Below are positions 6,716-14,779 of a stretch of 35,472 nt of DNA, piece after piece. The translations under genes were made by a program, and so were the position numbers. The stretch is from the IMG/VR virus record IMGVR_UViG_3300028008_000050; one strand, given 5' to 3'. Under the pieces are notes generated by a model. The model saw only the letters and a list, made by a program, of their open reading frames with translations. It ran no database searches and was not told where the DNA came from. The stretch comes from a virus. Position 1 is the first letter of the stretch, and every line of letters begins with the position of its first letter.

Positions 6716-7409
6716 TGAAGGCGGAAACATATTCAAAGATCCAGAGACTAAAGAACCTGTAACACAGCGTATCAATCAAGCTGACGTTGATCCTACACTT
6801 GCATGGTTAGAAAAGATTACAGGACTACCACATAAAGATTTTAAATTAGGTAGCACAGGAATTAGAAGTACAAGTGGCGATATGGATATTGCTGTTAACC
6901 AAGATGAAGTTACCAAAGATGAAATGGTTGCTAAACTTGCGGCATGGGTACAAAAGAATCACCCAGGAGACGATCTTAAAAAATGGATTAGAAAAAGTGG
7001 CATCAACGTACACTTCCTAACTCCAATCAATGGCAACCCTGAAGAAGGCTATGTACAAACAGATTTAATGTTTGGTGAGCCTGAGTTCATGAAGTTCGCA
7101 CTCAAAGGCAGTGGCGACAACACACCATACAAAGGACAACATAGAATGATCCTTATTAGCAGTATTGCTAAAGCACAAGGATACAAGTTTAGTAGTGGAG
7201 CAGGATTAGTAGATAGAATTACAAATCAAACTATATCTAAAAACCCAGATGAGATTGCAAAAACATTAATGGGCGATACTGCTACAGCAAAAGATATGGA
7301 TAGTGTTGAAACAATCATTGCAAAAATTAAAACAGACCCTAACTACGAAAACTTAGTTAAAGACGCTAGAGACAACTTCGAAAAGAACGGACTAGAGTTA
7401 CCCAAATGA
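6705..7409 (+). CDS. Pol-beta-superfamily nucleotidyltransferase-like protein
   Basis: Start MILNEGGNIF with SD AAAGGA. NTase signature G49-S50-x8-D59-M-D61 (LGSTGIRSTSGDMDIAV), with a downstream acidic residue in YVQTDLMF. Confidence 0.6.
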   Translation: MILNEGGNIFKDPETKEPVTQRINQADVDPTLAWLEKITGLPHKDFKLGSTGIRSTSGDMDIAVNQDEVTKDEMVAKLAAWVQKNHPGDDLKKWIRKSGINVHFLTPINGNPEEGYVQTDLMFGEPEFMKFALKGSGDNTPYKGQHRMILISSIAKAQGYKFSSGAGLVDRITNQTISKNPDEIAKTLMGDTATAKDMDSVETIIAKIKTDPNYENLVKDARDNFEKNGLELPK

Positions 7410-8548
7410 GATTTAACGAAATAATAAACGAAGCAGAAGCTCGAATACAACATGCTGAAGACTTAATCTTCTTCCATGGTAGTGCAGGTGCCAAACGTGC
7501 ATTGGATTCAATTGCCAGCATGGGTACAGGAGGACATACTAATGCAACAATTAAATGGGATGGATCTCCCGCAGTCATTTTTGGCCGCGATGAAAATGGA
7601 GAGTTCATACTTACAGACAAGTCAGGCTTTGGTGCAAAAGGATACGACGGCAAATCAAAAAGTGCTGATGACCTTGAGCAAATGTTCCTCAACCGTAGTG
7701 GTGGAAAGAACAGAGATAAACCAGGCTATGTAGCATTCGCAGGTAGAATGAAAGCTCTGTTTCCTATTGCAGAAAAAGCTGTTCCAATTGAACACAGAGG
7801 ATTCTTTAAAGGCGACATGCTTTACTTTGATACACCAACTAACAACAAAGGCGTATTACAGTTTACTCCTAACACAGTAACTTACACAGTACAAGCAGAC
7901 AGCGATGTAGGTAAGAAGATACTAGCAAGTCAAGCTGGTGTAGTTATTCACAGAGTAGTAGATGCGGCAGGTGCTGAAAGTCCTTTAAAAGATTACGACA
8001 TGTTCCAAGGATCAAAACTATTAGTGTTACCTCCAGTAGTTGCACAAACGGCTCCAGAGGTTGACCTAACTAAACTAAAAAGTTTACAAGGTGTTGTTGC
8101 TAAGAATGGTCCTGCTATTGATAGTCTGTTAGACACAGCTACATTACAGCAAATGCAAGTTAGTGACTTTGCACAAATACTTTATGCTTATACAAATAGT
8201 AAAGTAGACTCAGGATTAGCCAACTTAGGTAAAGACTTTGTACAATGGTTAACAACTAGCAAAGTATCTAAGAAGAAACAAGCAAAAATTATTGAGTATA
8301 TTAAAACGCACATGAAGGCGTTTCAGGCAATGTGGCAAACTGTTTCAGGGATAATGGAAGTCAAGGACGATATTATTACACAAATGGAAAGCAAACAAAC
8401 AGACATTAAGGCATCTATCGCAGGGAAGCCAGGTGGCGAGGGCTATGTATTAGCCAACCCAGGCGGCGATATTAAATTAGTAAACCGCTCTGAATTTAGT
8501 AAAGCTAACAGAGCAATTAAACGGGAGAGTAAACATGAAAGCATCTGA
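7406..8548 (+). CDS. protein with ligase/capping-enzyme-like covalent nucleotidyltransferase motifs
   Basis: Motif I-like TIK50WDGSPAV (KxDG). C-terminal GGEGYVLANPGGDIKLVNR resembles motifs IV and V. The motif spacing is atypical. Confidence 0.45.
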   Translation: MRFNEIINEAEARIQHAEDLIFFHGSAGAKRALDSIASMGTGGHTNATIKWDGSPAVIFGRDENGEFILTDKSGFGAKGYDGKSKSADDLEQMFLNRSGGKNRDKPGYVAFAGRMKALFPIAEKAVPIEHRGFFKGDMLYFDTPTNNKGVLQFTPNTVTYTVQADSDVGKKILASQAGVVIHRVVDAAGAESPLKDYDMFQGSKLLVLPPVVAQTAPEVDLTKLKSLQGVVAKNGPAIDSLLDTATLQQMQVSDFAQILYAYTNSKVDSGLANLGKDFVQWLTTSKVSKKKQAKIIEYIKTHMKAFQAMWQTVSGIMEVKDDIITQMESKQTDIKASIAGKPGGEGYVLANPGGDIKLVNRSEFSKANRAIKRESKHESI

Positions 8549-8942
8549 TTTTGATAGCGACTTCGCCGACATGAAAAAAGGGTTTGACCCAGCGGACGAT
8601 GATAATGCAGATATGGATAAAGAATTTAAGCAAATGCCAATGATTACACAGATTGGTAAGATTTTAGATTCAAGAGGTAACCCTAATCCAGTTACACATT
8701 TAACAAGTGAAACTGGCAAGAAATACAAAGCTAGTGTTACACATGCACAAACACTTAAAATGATGTTAACAACTGATGCAGTTAAGCCTGCAATCAAACG
8801 TGAGTTTACATTAGACATTGCACAAGACGAACTGTTAGGTAAAATGTTAAGTGCTAAGAGTCAAGAAGAAATGGTCAACATCTTTAAAGACAAGTATATG
8901 AAAGATGGTGGCAACACAGAACGCAGAAGTAATTACGCATAA
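8535..8942 (+). CDS. hypothetical protein (acidic N-terminus)
   Basis: 135-aa ORF. It overlaps the upstream gene by 14 nt and has SD GGGAGAG. Confidence 0.6.
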   Translation: MKASDFDSDFADMKKGFDPADDDNADMDKEFKQMPMITQIGKILDSRGNPNPVTHLTSETGKKYKASVTHAQTLKMMLTTDAVKPAIKREFTLDIAQDELLGKMLSAKSQEEMVNIFKDKYMKDGGNTERRSNYA

Positions 8943-9814
8943 TGGAACTTAACTTTTTAACAGAACTACACGAAGCGAGGATGACTCGCAACACGTCTGA
9001 TAACTCTAAATTAAGTTATACAGATTGTTGTGAGCGTCTTTACTTGATGACATTAGTGTTAGAACTGTTAAGAAAGTTTTCAGAGTTCAATGGTACCGTA
9101 GCAGGATACGCAACAAAGACTACACAGAATCAAAACTATAGACAGTTTAGGATGCATGGCACTGATCTCTATAACTTAATATATTTTGTTAGTGGAGACG
9201 ATGATGCAATGATGAAACTCAAAGACTTTGAAAGTGCAAAGAAAGTTAGAGCTAGTACATTTTTACCTGTAATGGGATTAAACAGATGGCTAATAACTTT
9301 AAAAGGTACAAGCAAAACATCAGGCAGTGAAATGCTTATGTCAATTGAACGTGCTTGTAAAATTACTAATACTGATTACAAAACAATTAGACGAGCAGTA
9401 ACTAATTGGGATAGGCTTAGTGGCGCAGATAAAAAGAAATGGGTAACTAAACTATTACTTGCTTCAAGAGCTAAACTTCGTAACAGTGATATTATTATGT
9501 ACCTTGAAGAACTAGCAAGAAAAGCTAACCTTGAAGATACTAAAGTAAAAGACAACGAACCTACAGTAAGTAAGCCAGACATGGTTCCAACTACTGCACA
9601 AGACCTAGCACTATACAGATACATTGTTGGTGCAAAGAACGTAATGGGAACTAAAAAGTTTTTAGATGCGGCAAAGAAAGGTCAAAGTATGTCACCTGCA
9701 TTCGTTAAAGCATATCTACCAGCAGTAGAATTAATAGACGATATCGTAAAAGCAGGCCCAGGATACATACAAATGCTACGAGCATTGCAAAAAAGAGCTA
9801 AAAACAGCCGATAA
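8942..9814 (+). CDS. hypothetical protein
   Basis: 290-aa ORF joined to the upstream gene by a TAATG junction. Confidence 0.65.
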   Translation: MELNFLTELHEARMTRNTSDNSKLSYTDCCERLYLMTLVLELLRKFSEFNGTVAGYATKTTQNQNYRQFRMHGTDLYNLIYFVSGDDDAMMKLKDFESAKKVRASTFLPVMGLNRWLITLKGTSKTSGSEMLMSIERACKITNTDYKTIRRAVTNWDRLSGADKKKWVTKLLLASRAKLRNSDIIMYLEELARKANLEDTKVKDNEPTVSKPDMVPTTAQDLALYRYIVGAKNVMGTKKFLDAAKKGQSMSPAFVKAYLPAVELIDDIVKAGPGYIQMLRALQKRAKNSR

Positions 9815-9836
9815 TCCATCCATTTTCCTAAAACGG

Positions 9837-9843
9837 ATAAATA
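9837..9843 (+). promoter_or_regulatory. ATAAATA late-type box
   Basis: GGATAAATAAAAG, 81 nt upstream of ATG 9924. Confidence 0.3.
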
Positions 9844-9923
9844 AAAGTAACCACAATACACGAGAAAAAGTGTGTGGCCATTAGAGCCGAGGGAAACCTC
9901 ATTTATAACATAGGAGAAATAAA

Positions 9924-10262
9924 ATGGCTGGAGTAGCAAGAACAACTGGACTAGGACATGCACACGCAACGTTATATAGTACAGCAAATTTAGGATTTTA
10001 CGTAGTTGACGCAGGAGCTTCATTAGCGGCTGAAGGCGGAATTGGTAAAGCATTAGAACTAATTGCACAAGCAATTAACCCAATCGCAATGAACAGTGAA
10101 GGTACTGCTGGATTGTTAAACATTGTAGTTGACGACACACAGTGGGACGCGGCTTCTTTACAAGCGGCAATCAGACACTTAGGTGCGGCGGCTGGATCAG
10201 GCGACTATGACGCGACTGGTGCAACTGTAACTGCAGGTGGACAATTCATCGTAAGTGCATAA
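9924..10262 (+). CDS. Ala/Gly-rich 112-aa protein, probably highly expressed (virion-associated?)
   Basis: Strong SD TAGGAGAAATAAA. Locally GC-rich. Monocistronic, bounded by a strong terminator. Confidence 0.7.
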   Translation: MAGVARTTGLGHAHATLYSTANLGFYVVDAGASLAAEGGIGKALELIAQAINPIAMNSEGTAGLLNIVVDDTQWDAASLQAAIRHLGAAAGSGDYDATGATVTAGGQFIVSA

Positions 10263-10291
10263 TAGTACTAACGTAAATTAAAACTTAGAAA

Positions 10292-10320
10292 GGGCTCAGT
10301 TTTTACTGGGCCCTTTTTTT
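10292..10320 (+). terminator. rho-independent terminator
   Basis: Stem gggctcag/ctgggccc (one G:U pair), loop ttttta, then T7 at 10314-10320. Confidence 0.8.
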
Positions 10321-10743
10321 ATGGCCATAAATAGATGCATGGACACATTCATCATTGAAACACTCGTAGACATAACCAATACTGGATTGAACAAGTTCAA
10401 AACTGAAGATCGTCATTTGATTAATCAACAGTCTAACTGGAATACAGCACAGCAAGTTATGAGTATGAGAGCAAACATATACTTTGATACAAAGCCCACA
10501 GTTGAAAAAAGAGATATTAAAGACTTTGGTACAGCGTTTAAGGGCAAACATAATGTATGGTCGTTTCGTTTTGATGTTGAACAAGAAGGTGCCCTAAGTG
10601 TTGATGCACTAAAAGATGACTTTGATTTAATACCAGTTATACCTGGTTTAGATAGCACAATTACTATAAATAATAGTGCGTTCAGAACAAAAGATTCAGA
10701 GCGTATTAATATTATTTTTAAAGTAGTAGATAAAGACGTATAA
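10321..10743 (+). CDS. hypothetical protein (start uncertain; alternative ATG at 10339)
   Basis: 140-aa ORF beginning right after the terminator T-run. No clear SD. Confidence 0.5.
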   Translation: MAINRCMDTFIIETLVDITNTGLNKFKTEDRHLINQQSNWNTAQQVMSMRANIYFDTKPTVEKRDIKDFGTAFKGKHNVWSFRFDVEQEGALSVDALKDDFDLIPVIPGLDSTITINNSAFRTKDSERINIIFKVVDKDV

Positions 10744-10747
10744 ACTG

Positions 10748-10759
10748 CTAATAAATACT
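10748..10759 (+). promoter_or_regulatory. late-type promoter-like box CTAATAAATACT
   Basis: Exact 12-mer copy of 2799-2810. Confidence 0.35.
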
Positions 10760-10860
10760 ATAGTAAAAAGGCACATATAACATCTCGCATATAAACACAT
10801 TAGGCTAACAGAAAAGTTTACTAATCACCATTTGAGCAATGGGTTTAAAGGATAAAATAT

Positions 10861-11094
10861 ATGGCAACGCCGTTAGAAAAAAAGAACTTAGAAGCACACG
10901 TTGATTTGTGCGAACAACGATATATACGTTTAGAGTCACGTTTAGCCAGCGTTGAGGACAAGCTAGAGCATGTCCATAATGATATTACACATGGCAACAA
11001 AGCTATGTTTAAAGTTTTAATTGGTGCAACAGGAACCATTGTTGCAGGACTACTTAGTACTATTGTAGTCATACTAATGAACTTTACCAACTAA
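10861..11094 (+). CDS. coiled-coil plus C-terminal TM anchor protein
   Basis: 77 aa, with a C-terminal GATGTIVAGLLSTIVVILM segment. Confidence 0.6.
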   Translation: MATPLEKKNLEAHVDLCEQRYIRLESRLASVEDKLEHVHNDITHGNKAMFKVLIGATGTIVAGLLSTIVVILMNFTN

Positions 11095-11128
11095 TTACAC
11101 TTCCCTACTTACATAGATAAATACACGT

Positions 11129-11413
11129 ATGCTGATACGTGAAGTCACATCAATAGACGAAAAACAAATTTGGGCACGTTCTGGAAAGAAAGTAGTCCGC
11201 AAGTACCGTTGTACCCAAGGTCCTCGTAAAGGACGTATAGTGAAGAAGATGTCGCAATGTTTTGCGGCACCTAATATTAAAGCAAGAATTAACATGAAAC
11301 GCTTACGAGCTAAGATAGGCGGCAAGATGATGCGTAAGGCTCGCAGAACTAAACGTGTTAATCCTGTTTCACGCAGAGTACAAGCGTTAAATAAAGCTGG
11401 ACGCAGAAGATGA
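11129..11413 (+). CDS. highly basic small protein, paralog A (VRKYRCTxGxRKGRIV motif)
   Basis: 94 aa, Arg/Lys-rich. Shares IWxxxGKxVRKYRCTxGxRKGRIVxKxxxC with the next gene. Confidence 0.65.
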   Translation: MLIREVTSIDEKQIWARSGKKVVRKYRCTQGPRKGRIVKKMSQCFAAPNIKARINMKRLRAKIGGKMMRKARRTKRVNPVSRRVQALNKAGRRR

Positions 11414-11739
11414 AGATAGCAGAGATTAAAGAAGGCGTTATCGGCATATGGGGCAAGACAAAAGGCAAGTTAGTACGTAAATACAGATGTACAAGCGGAA
11501 CACGTAAAGGGCGTATTGTTGCTAAGCCGGCAACATGTAACGCAACTAAAAGAGTTGGAAGTGCGTTAAATATTAAACGTGCTAAGGCTAAAAGAGGTAG
11601 TACAATGCAAGTCAGATCCTCTCGTACTAAACGTGCAAGTGGATTAAGTAAGAGAGTTGCTGGGGCAAATAAGCCACAGTCACAAGCAAGGTATAAAAAG
11701 CCTACAAGAAAAAAGAGTTTTAAAAAGAGATCTAAATAA
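11410..11739 (+). CDS. highly basic small protein, paralog B
   Basis: 109 aa. ATGA overlap with paralog A, the same Cys-pair motif, and a Lys-rich tail. Confidence 0.65.
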   Translation: MKIAEIKEGVIGIWGKTKGKLVRKYRCTSGTRKGRIVAKPATCNATKRVGSALNIKRAKAKRGSTMQVRSSRTKRASGLSKRVAGANKPQSQARYKKPTRKKSFKKRSK

Positions 11740-12197
11740 TGAGAGCAGACGAGTTTACAAAACCAAAACAAGAACAACAGGTTGTTGAAGTAGTTCCGGC
11801 TATTGCGGCGGCAGTTGGTAGAGTCGGTGCTCAAATGGGTACAGCGGCCGCGAAGGCCGGTATGAAAGTTGCTACTGCTGGAATGAAAGCAGGTGCTAAA
11901 GCTGGAGCCAATCTAGCTAAAGGTGCAGGTAAAGCGGCAATGAAATCAATTGGCAAGGCACAGGCTAACATAACAAAGAGCATACTTAAAAAAGGTGCCA
12001 AGTTAGCAATGCCAACAGCAGGGCCAGGTGGCAAAGAACAAGAATTTGATATAGATGACGTCCAAGGCGATCAAGTCATCTTAAAGAATCCAAAACCAAA
12101 AGCAGGTGAACCACAGTCGTTTGTCTATAACAAAAAAGACTTAGACGATGTAGTAAAACAAAAAGCTGATGCAATAGCACAAATGGGTAAAAGTTAA
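11739..12197 (+). CDS. Ala/Lys/Gly-rich low-complexity protein
   Basis: AAKAGMKVATAGMKAGAKAGANLAKGAGKAAMK repeats. TAATG junction with the upstream gene. Confidence 0.6.
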   Translation: MRADEFTKPKQEQQVVEVVPAIAAAVGRVGAQMGTAAAKAGMKVATAGMKAGAKAGANLAKGAGKAAMKSIGKAQANITKSILKKGAKLAMPTAGPGGKEQEFDIDDVQGDQVILKNPKPKAGEPQSFVYNKKDLDDVVKQKADAIAQMGKS

Positions 12198-12412
12198 TGA
12201 AACTAAAACAAGTGCTAGAGGGATTTACAATACAAGTAAGCAATGAGGAACAGGAAATTCTAGATAGAATGACTCATATTACTCCTCTCAATGCTTTTCC
12301 TCAGAGGGAACAATTTATTATTGAGAATTTGATTAGAAAAGCGTTGGTAACAAAAGTTGCTAACAAAGGTATGACAATGGTGATCGCAAATGAACTCGAA
12401 ACGTATAATTGA
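12197..12412 (+). CDS. hypothetical protein
   Basis: 71-aa ORF with a TAATG junction. Confidence 0.55.
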   Translation: MKLKQVLEGFTIQVSNEEQEILDRMTHITPLNAFPQREQFIIENLIRKALVTKVANKGMTMVIANELETYN

Positions 12413-12818
12413 AGATTTAGATAGTATTATGGAAGAAGGCCTTAATAGGGTACATGTTCCATATGCAAAGGGTAAGAGTGTTCGTATAAAGAACACCGTG
12501 ATTAGACAGACGAAACAAGGATTTTTAGTGTTTGACGTAAAGACACATACAAGAATAGCAGAAACATTTAGTAAGCGTGGAGCCATTGCTTATGCAAAAG
12601 CTCGTGCTAAAGGATATGATGCAAAGTGTAGTGAAATACTAGATTTAGATGCAGGATTAAGCAAACATTACATGGATAGCTTGTTCCATAAGCATAGCAT
12701 TGAACAAACGAACGACGAAATGCGTAAAATGGCGTTAGAAACTAGGTTTGAGATAGCAAAAGACCGTACTTTTCAATATATGGACCAAATCGACAGGTTC
12801 ATCTTTAACGAAGAATGA
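12390..12818 (+). CDS. hypothetical protein
   Basis: 142-aa ORF. The start is uncertain (12390 or 12429). Confidence 0.55.
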   Translation: MNSKRIIEDLDSIMEEGLNRVHVPYAKGKSVRIKNTVIRQTKQGFLVFDVKTHTRIAETFSKRGAIAYAKARAKGYDAKCSEILDLDAGLSKHYMDSLFHKHSIEQTNDEMRKMALETRFEIAKDRTFQYMDQIDRFIFNEE

Positions 12819-12824
12819 TAAATA
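12818..12824 (+). promoter_or_regulatory. ATAAATA late-type box
   Basis: GATAAATAAT, 25 nt upstream of ATG 12849. Confidence 0.4.
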
Positions 12825-12848
12825 ATATTAATGTAAGGAACAACTGAT

Positions 12849-13790
12849 ATGAAACTTAACGATTTGAAAAAACCTTTAACAGCTAATGCTTTAAATGAAA
12901 GCCTAGCTAAAACTTTTGGAACAAGAATTGCTCTTGATAAATTTACTGTGGAGCAACTAGAAGATGCACGTAATAAATTACGTACACAGCTAAGCCAAGT
13001 TGAAACAAGCGAACAGTTTGAAAGCGTACATTCAAGTGATACATATCAGAAAGCTAAAATGTTCCTAGACGTTATCAATCAAGAGATGCTTGAAAGAGAA
13101 ACTGCTAACGAAGCGAAACCAGACTTTTTAGATTTAGACAAAGACGGCGACAAGAAAGAGCCAATGAAGAAAGCCGCAAAAGAAAAAGGCGATTCAAAAG
13201 ATTCAGACTCAAAAGGCTTATCAGCAAAACAAAAGAAACTTCCAGCAGGTTTGCAAAAAGCTATTGCAGGCAAAAAGAAAACTAATGAAGGCGCAGAAGA
13301 AGCGGCCACTTTAGTTATGGCGGCCAAAGACATGGTAGACCGTGTTACAGGTTGGATGGAAGACACAGCAGAAATGCAAACAGAAAGTATGCTAGAACTA
13401 GGCGACAAAATTAGAGATGAGATGGGTTCAGAAGCATCTGAAACATTTATTGGAACTGTAAAACCAGCACTAGAAAATCTTTACACAGTATTTGAAACAA
13501 CCAGAGAAGCATTAACAGGTGGCGTAGCTATCGTAACAGGCGAAGGCGCTCCAGAGACTATGGGAACAGACGTTGAGGCTCCTGCAGAGGACCCAGCTAT
13601 GGAACCAACAGTTGACCAAGACGCCGATGCTGAAGCACCAGTAGATGATGAATTTGGAGCAAGTGAACCTGCAACAGGCGGAGAAGAAATTGCGGACAGA
13701 GGTAAACGAGAAAGTGTTTTACGCTCACGCAGACTAGCTCAGTTATTAACTGATTCAAAAAAAAAGGTAGTACCTCAAGCAAAAAAGTAG
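12849..13790 (+). CDS. acidic/Lys-rich coiled-coil protein (scaffold-like composition), zero-frame product
   Basis: 313 aa with a KDGDKKEPMKKAAKEKGDSKDSDSK tract and a D/E/P/A-rich tract. It contains the slippery site near its 3' end. Confidence 0.65.
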   Translation: MKLNDLKKPLTANALNESLAKTFGTRIALDKFTVEQLEDARNKLRTQLSQVETSEQFESVHSSDTYQKAKMFLDVINQEMLERETANEAKPDFLDLDKDGDKKEPMKKAAKEKGDSKDSDSKGLSAKQKKLPAGLQKAIAGKKKTNEGAEEAATLVMAAKDMVDRVTGWMEDTAEMQTESMLELGDKIRDEMGSEASETFIGTVKPALENLYTVFETTREALTGGVAIVTGEGAPETMGTDVEAPAEDPAMEPTVDQDADAEAPVDDEFGASEPATGGEEIADRGKRESVLRSRRLAQLLTDSKKKVVPQAKK

Positions 13791-13796
13791 CTGAGG
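13760..13796 (+). promoter_or_regulatory. candidate -1 recoding signal: in-phase A_AAA_AAG within an A9 run, a 6-nt spacer, then a hairpin
   Basis: Heptamer at 13760-13766, in phase with the 12849 frame. Hairpin at 13773-13796: cctca(a)gc / gctgagg, 7 bp with one bulge. Confidence 0.5.
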
Positions 13797-14125
13797 CTTC
13801 CGATTCAGACACCAAGTCTTCCTTAATAAACGTATTTAGAAATGTGATAGGTAGTGCCGATACTCAAAATCAGCCTGCCTATCTTTCATTTGATGCAATG
13901 AACACTATCATGAAGAACTTAAAAAAGCCACAGTTTGATTACGATGGCTTCAAAAGAATTTATGATGAGAATCCAGAGATACAACCATTAGTTAAAAACT
14001 TTGATTCAAAAGGTATTACTCTTTACACAAAGAAAGAAGCACCTAGCGATGCACCAAAAGGTCAAAAGACTGACGGCGAAGTAGATAAAATGGCTCAACG
14101 TGCAACATCAAAAGCAACTGCATAA
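13766..14125 (+). CDS. -1-frame extension ORF (the track lists it as 13844-14125 with a GTG start); probably expressed as a fusion to the 12849 product
   Basis: The -1 frame opens at 13754 (stop TGA at 13751-13753), immediately before the A9 run. It stays open to 14125. There is no ATG or SD before GTG 13844. Confidence 0.45.
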   Translation, partial: GSTSSKKVAEASDSDTKSSLINVFRNVIGSADTQNQPAYLSFDAMNTIMKNLKKPQFDYDGFKRIYDENPEIQPLVKNFDSKGITLYTKKEAPSDAPKGQKTDGEVDKMAQRATSKATA

Positions 14126-14134
14126 CAAAACCAC

Positions 14135-14163
14135 TTGACAACGTAGAACACTTCCTGTATACT
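14135..14163 (+). promoter_or_regulatory. sigma70-type promoter TTGACA-N17-TATACT
   Basis: TTGACA at 14135-14140, TATACT at 14158-14163. SD AGGAGG follows, then ATG 14186. Confidence 0.6.
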
Positions 14164-14185
14164 ATATAATGTATAGGAGGAAACT

Positions 14186-14779
14186 ATGAATGAAGTATCT
14201 ATTGTACCTAATCTAGTTTGGAAATATAATTATAGTCCAGGCTTTGATGTACAAGCATTTAAAGACTACCAATCCACAGAAGCACAGTTACATCAAACAG
14301 AAGCTGATGGTGGCAAGAGTACGGCAGGTCATGCTAACCCTCCTCACGAATGGGAATGTAATAGAGATTTTATGATTTGGTTACGTCCAAAGATTGAAAT
14401 AGCTCTAGCTGAATGGGATATACAGTACACAGATATTATTGCTACAGGTAGTTGGACTAATTTACACAAACGAGATGCACATACATTACCACATGATCAT
14501 GGTAGTGCAAACGTAGTAGTGTCTGCATACGTACAAGTTCCACCACAAAGTGGTAACATAGAGTTTGAACAGTTACTAAGAACTAACTGGTCAGGTTATT
14601 CACGTATTCCTACTAACACAATACACGATTACTGGAAAGAAGTAAGTGTACAAACTAATGACGTTGTAATATTTCCGGGTTGGCTAACACACAAGACTCA
14701 AGCAAGTAACAGCGATGAAGATAGAATTACATTTACTATTAATACCAACGGCAGAGATAGGAACGATATACCACTATGA
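14186..14779 (+). CDS. 2OG-Fe(II) oxygenase superfamily protein (marine-phage TIGR02466-like family)
   Basis: GSWTNLH..LPHDHGSANVVVSAYVQVP...NDVVIFPGWLTHKT...RITFTIN parallels the 34513 gene. Confidence 0.7.
   Translation: MNEVSIVPNLVWKYNYSPGFDVQAFKDYQSTEAQLHQTEADGGKSTAGHANPPHEWECNRDFMIWLRPKIEIALAEWDIQYTDIIATGSWTNLHKRDAHTLPHDHGSANVVVSAYVQVPPQSGNIEFEQLLRTNWSGYSRIPTNTIHDYWKEVSVQTNDVVIFPGWLTHKTQASNSDEDRITFTINTNGRDRNDIPL

Noticed and set aside
2799-10759. The repeated 12-mer CTAATAAATACT and other short exact repeats as a possible CRISPR array or mobile-element ends.
   Set aside because: There are only two distant copies, each in a promoter-like position. There is no regular spacing, no spacers and no transposase. 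No CRISPR array or IS element was seen anywhere in the window.
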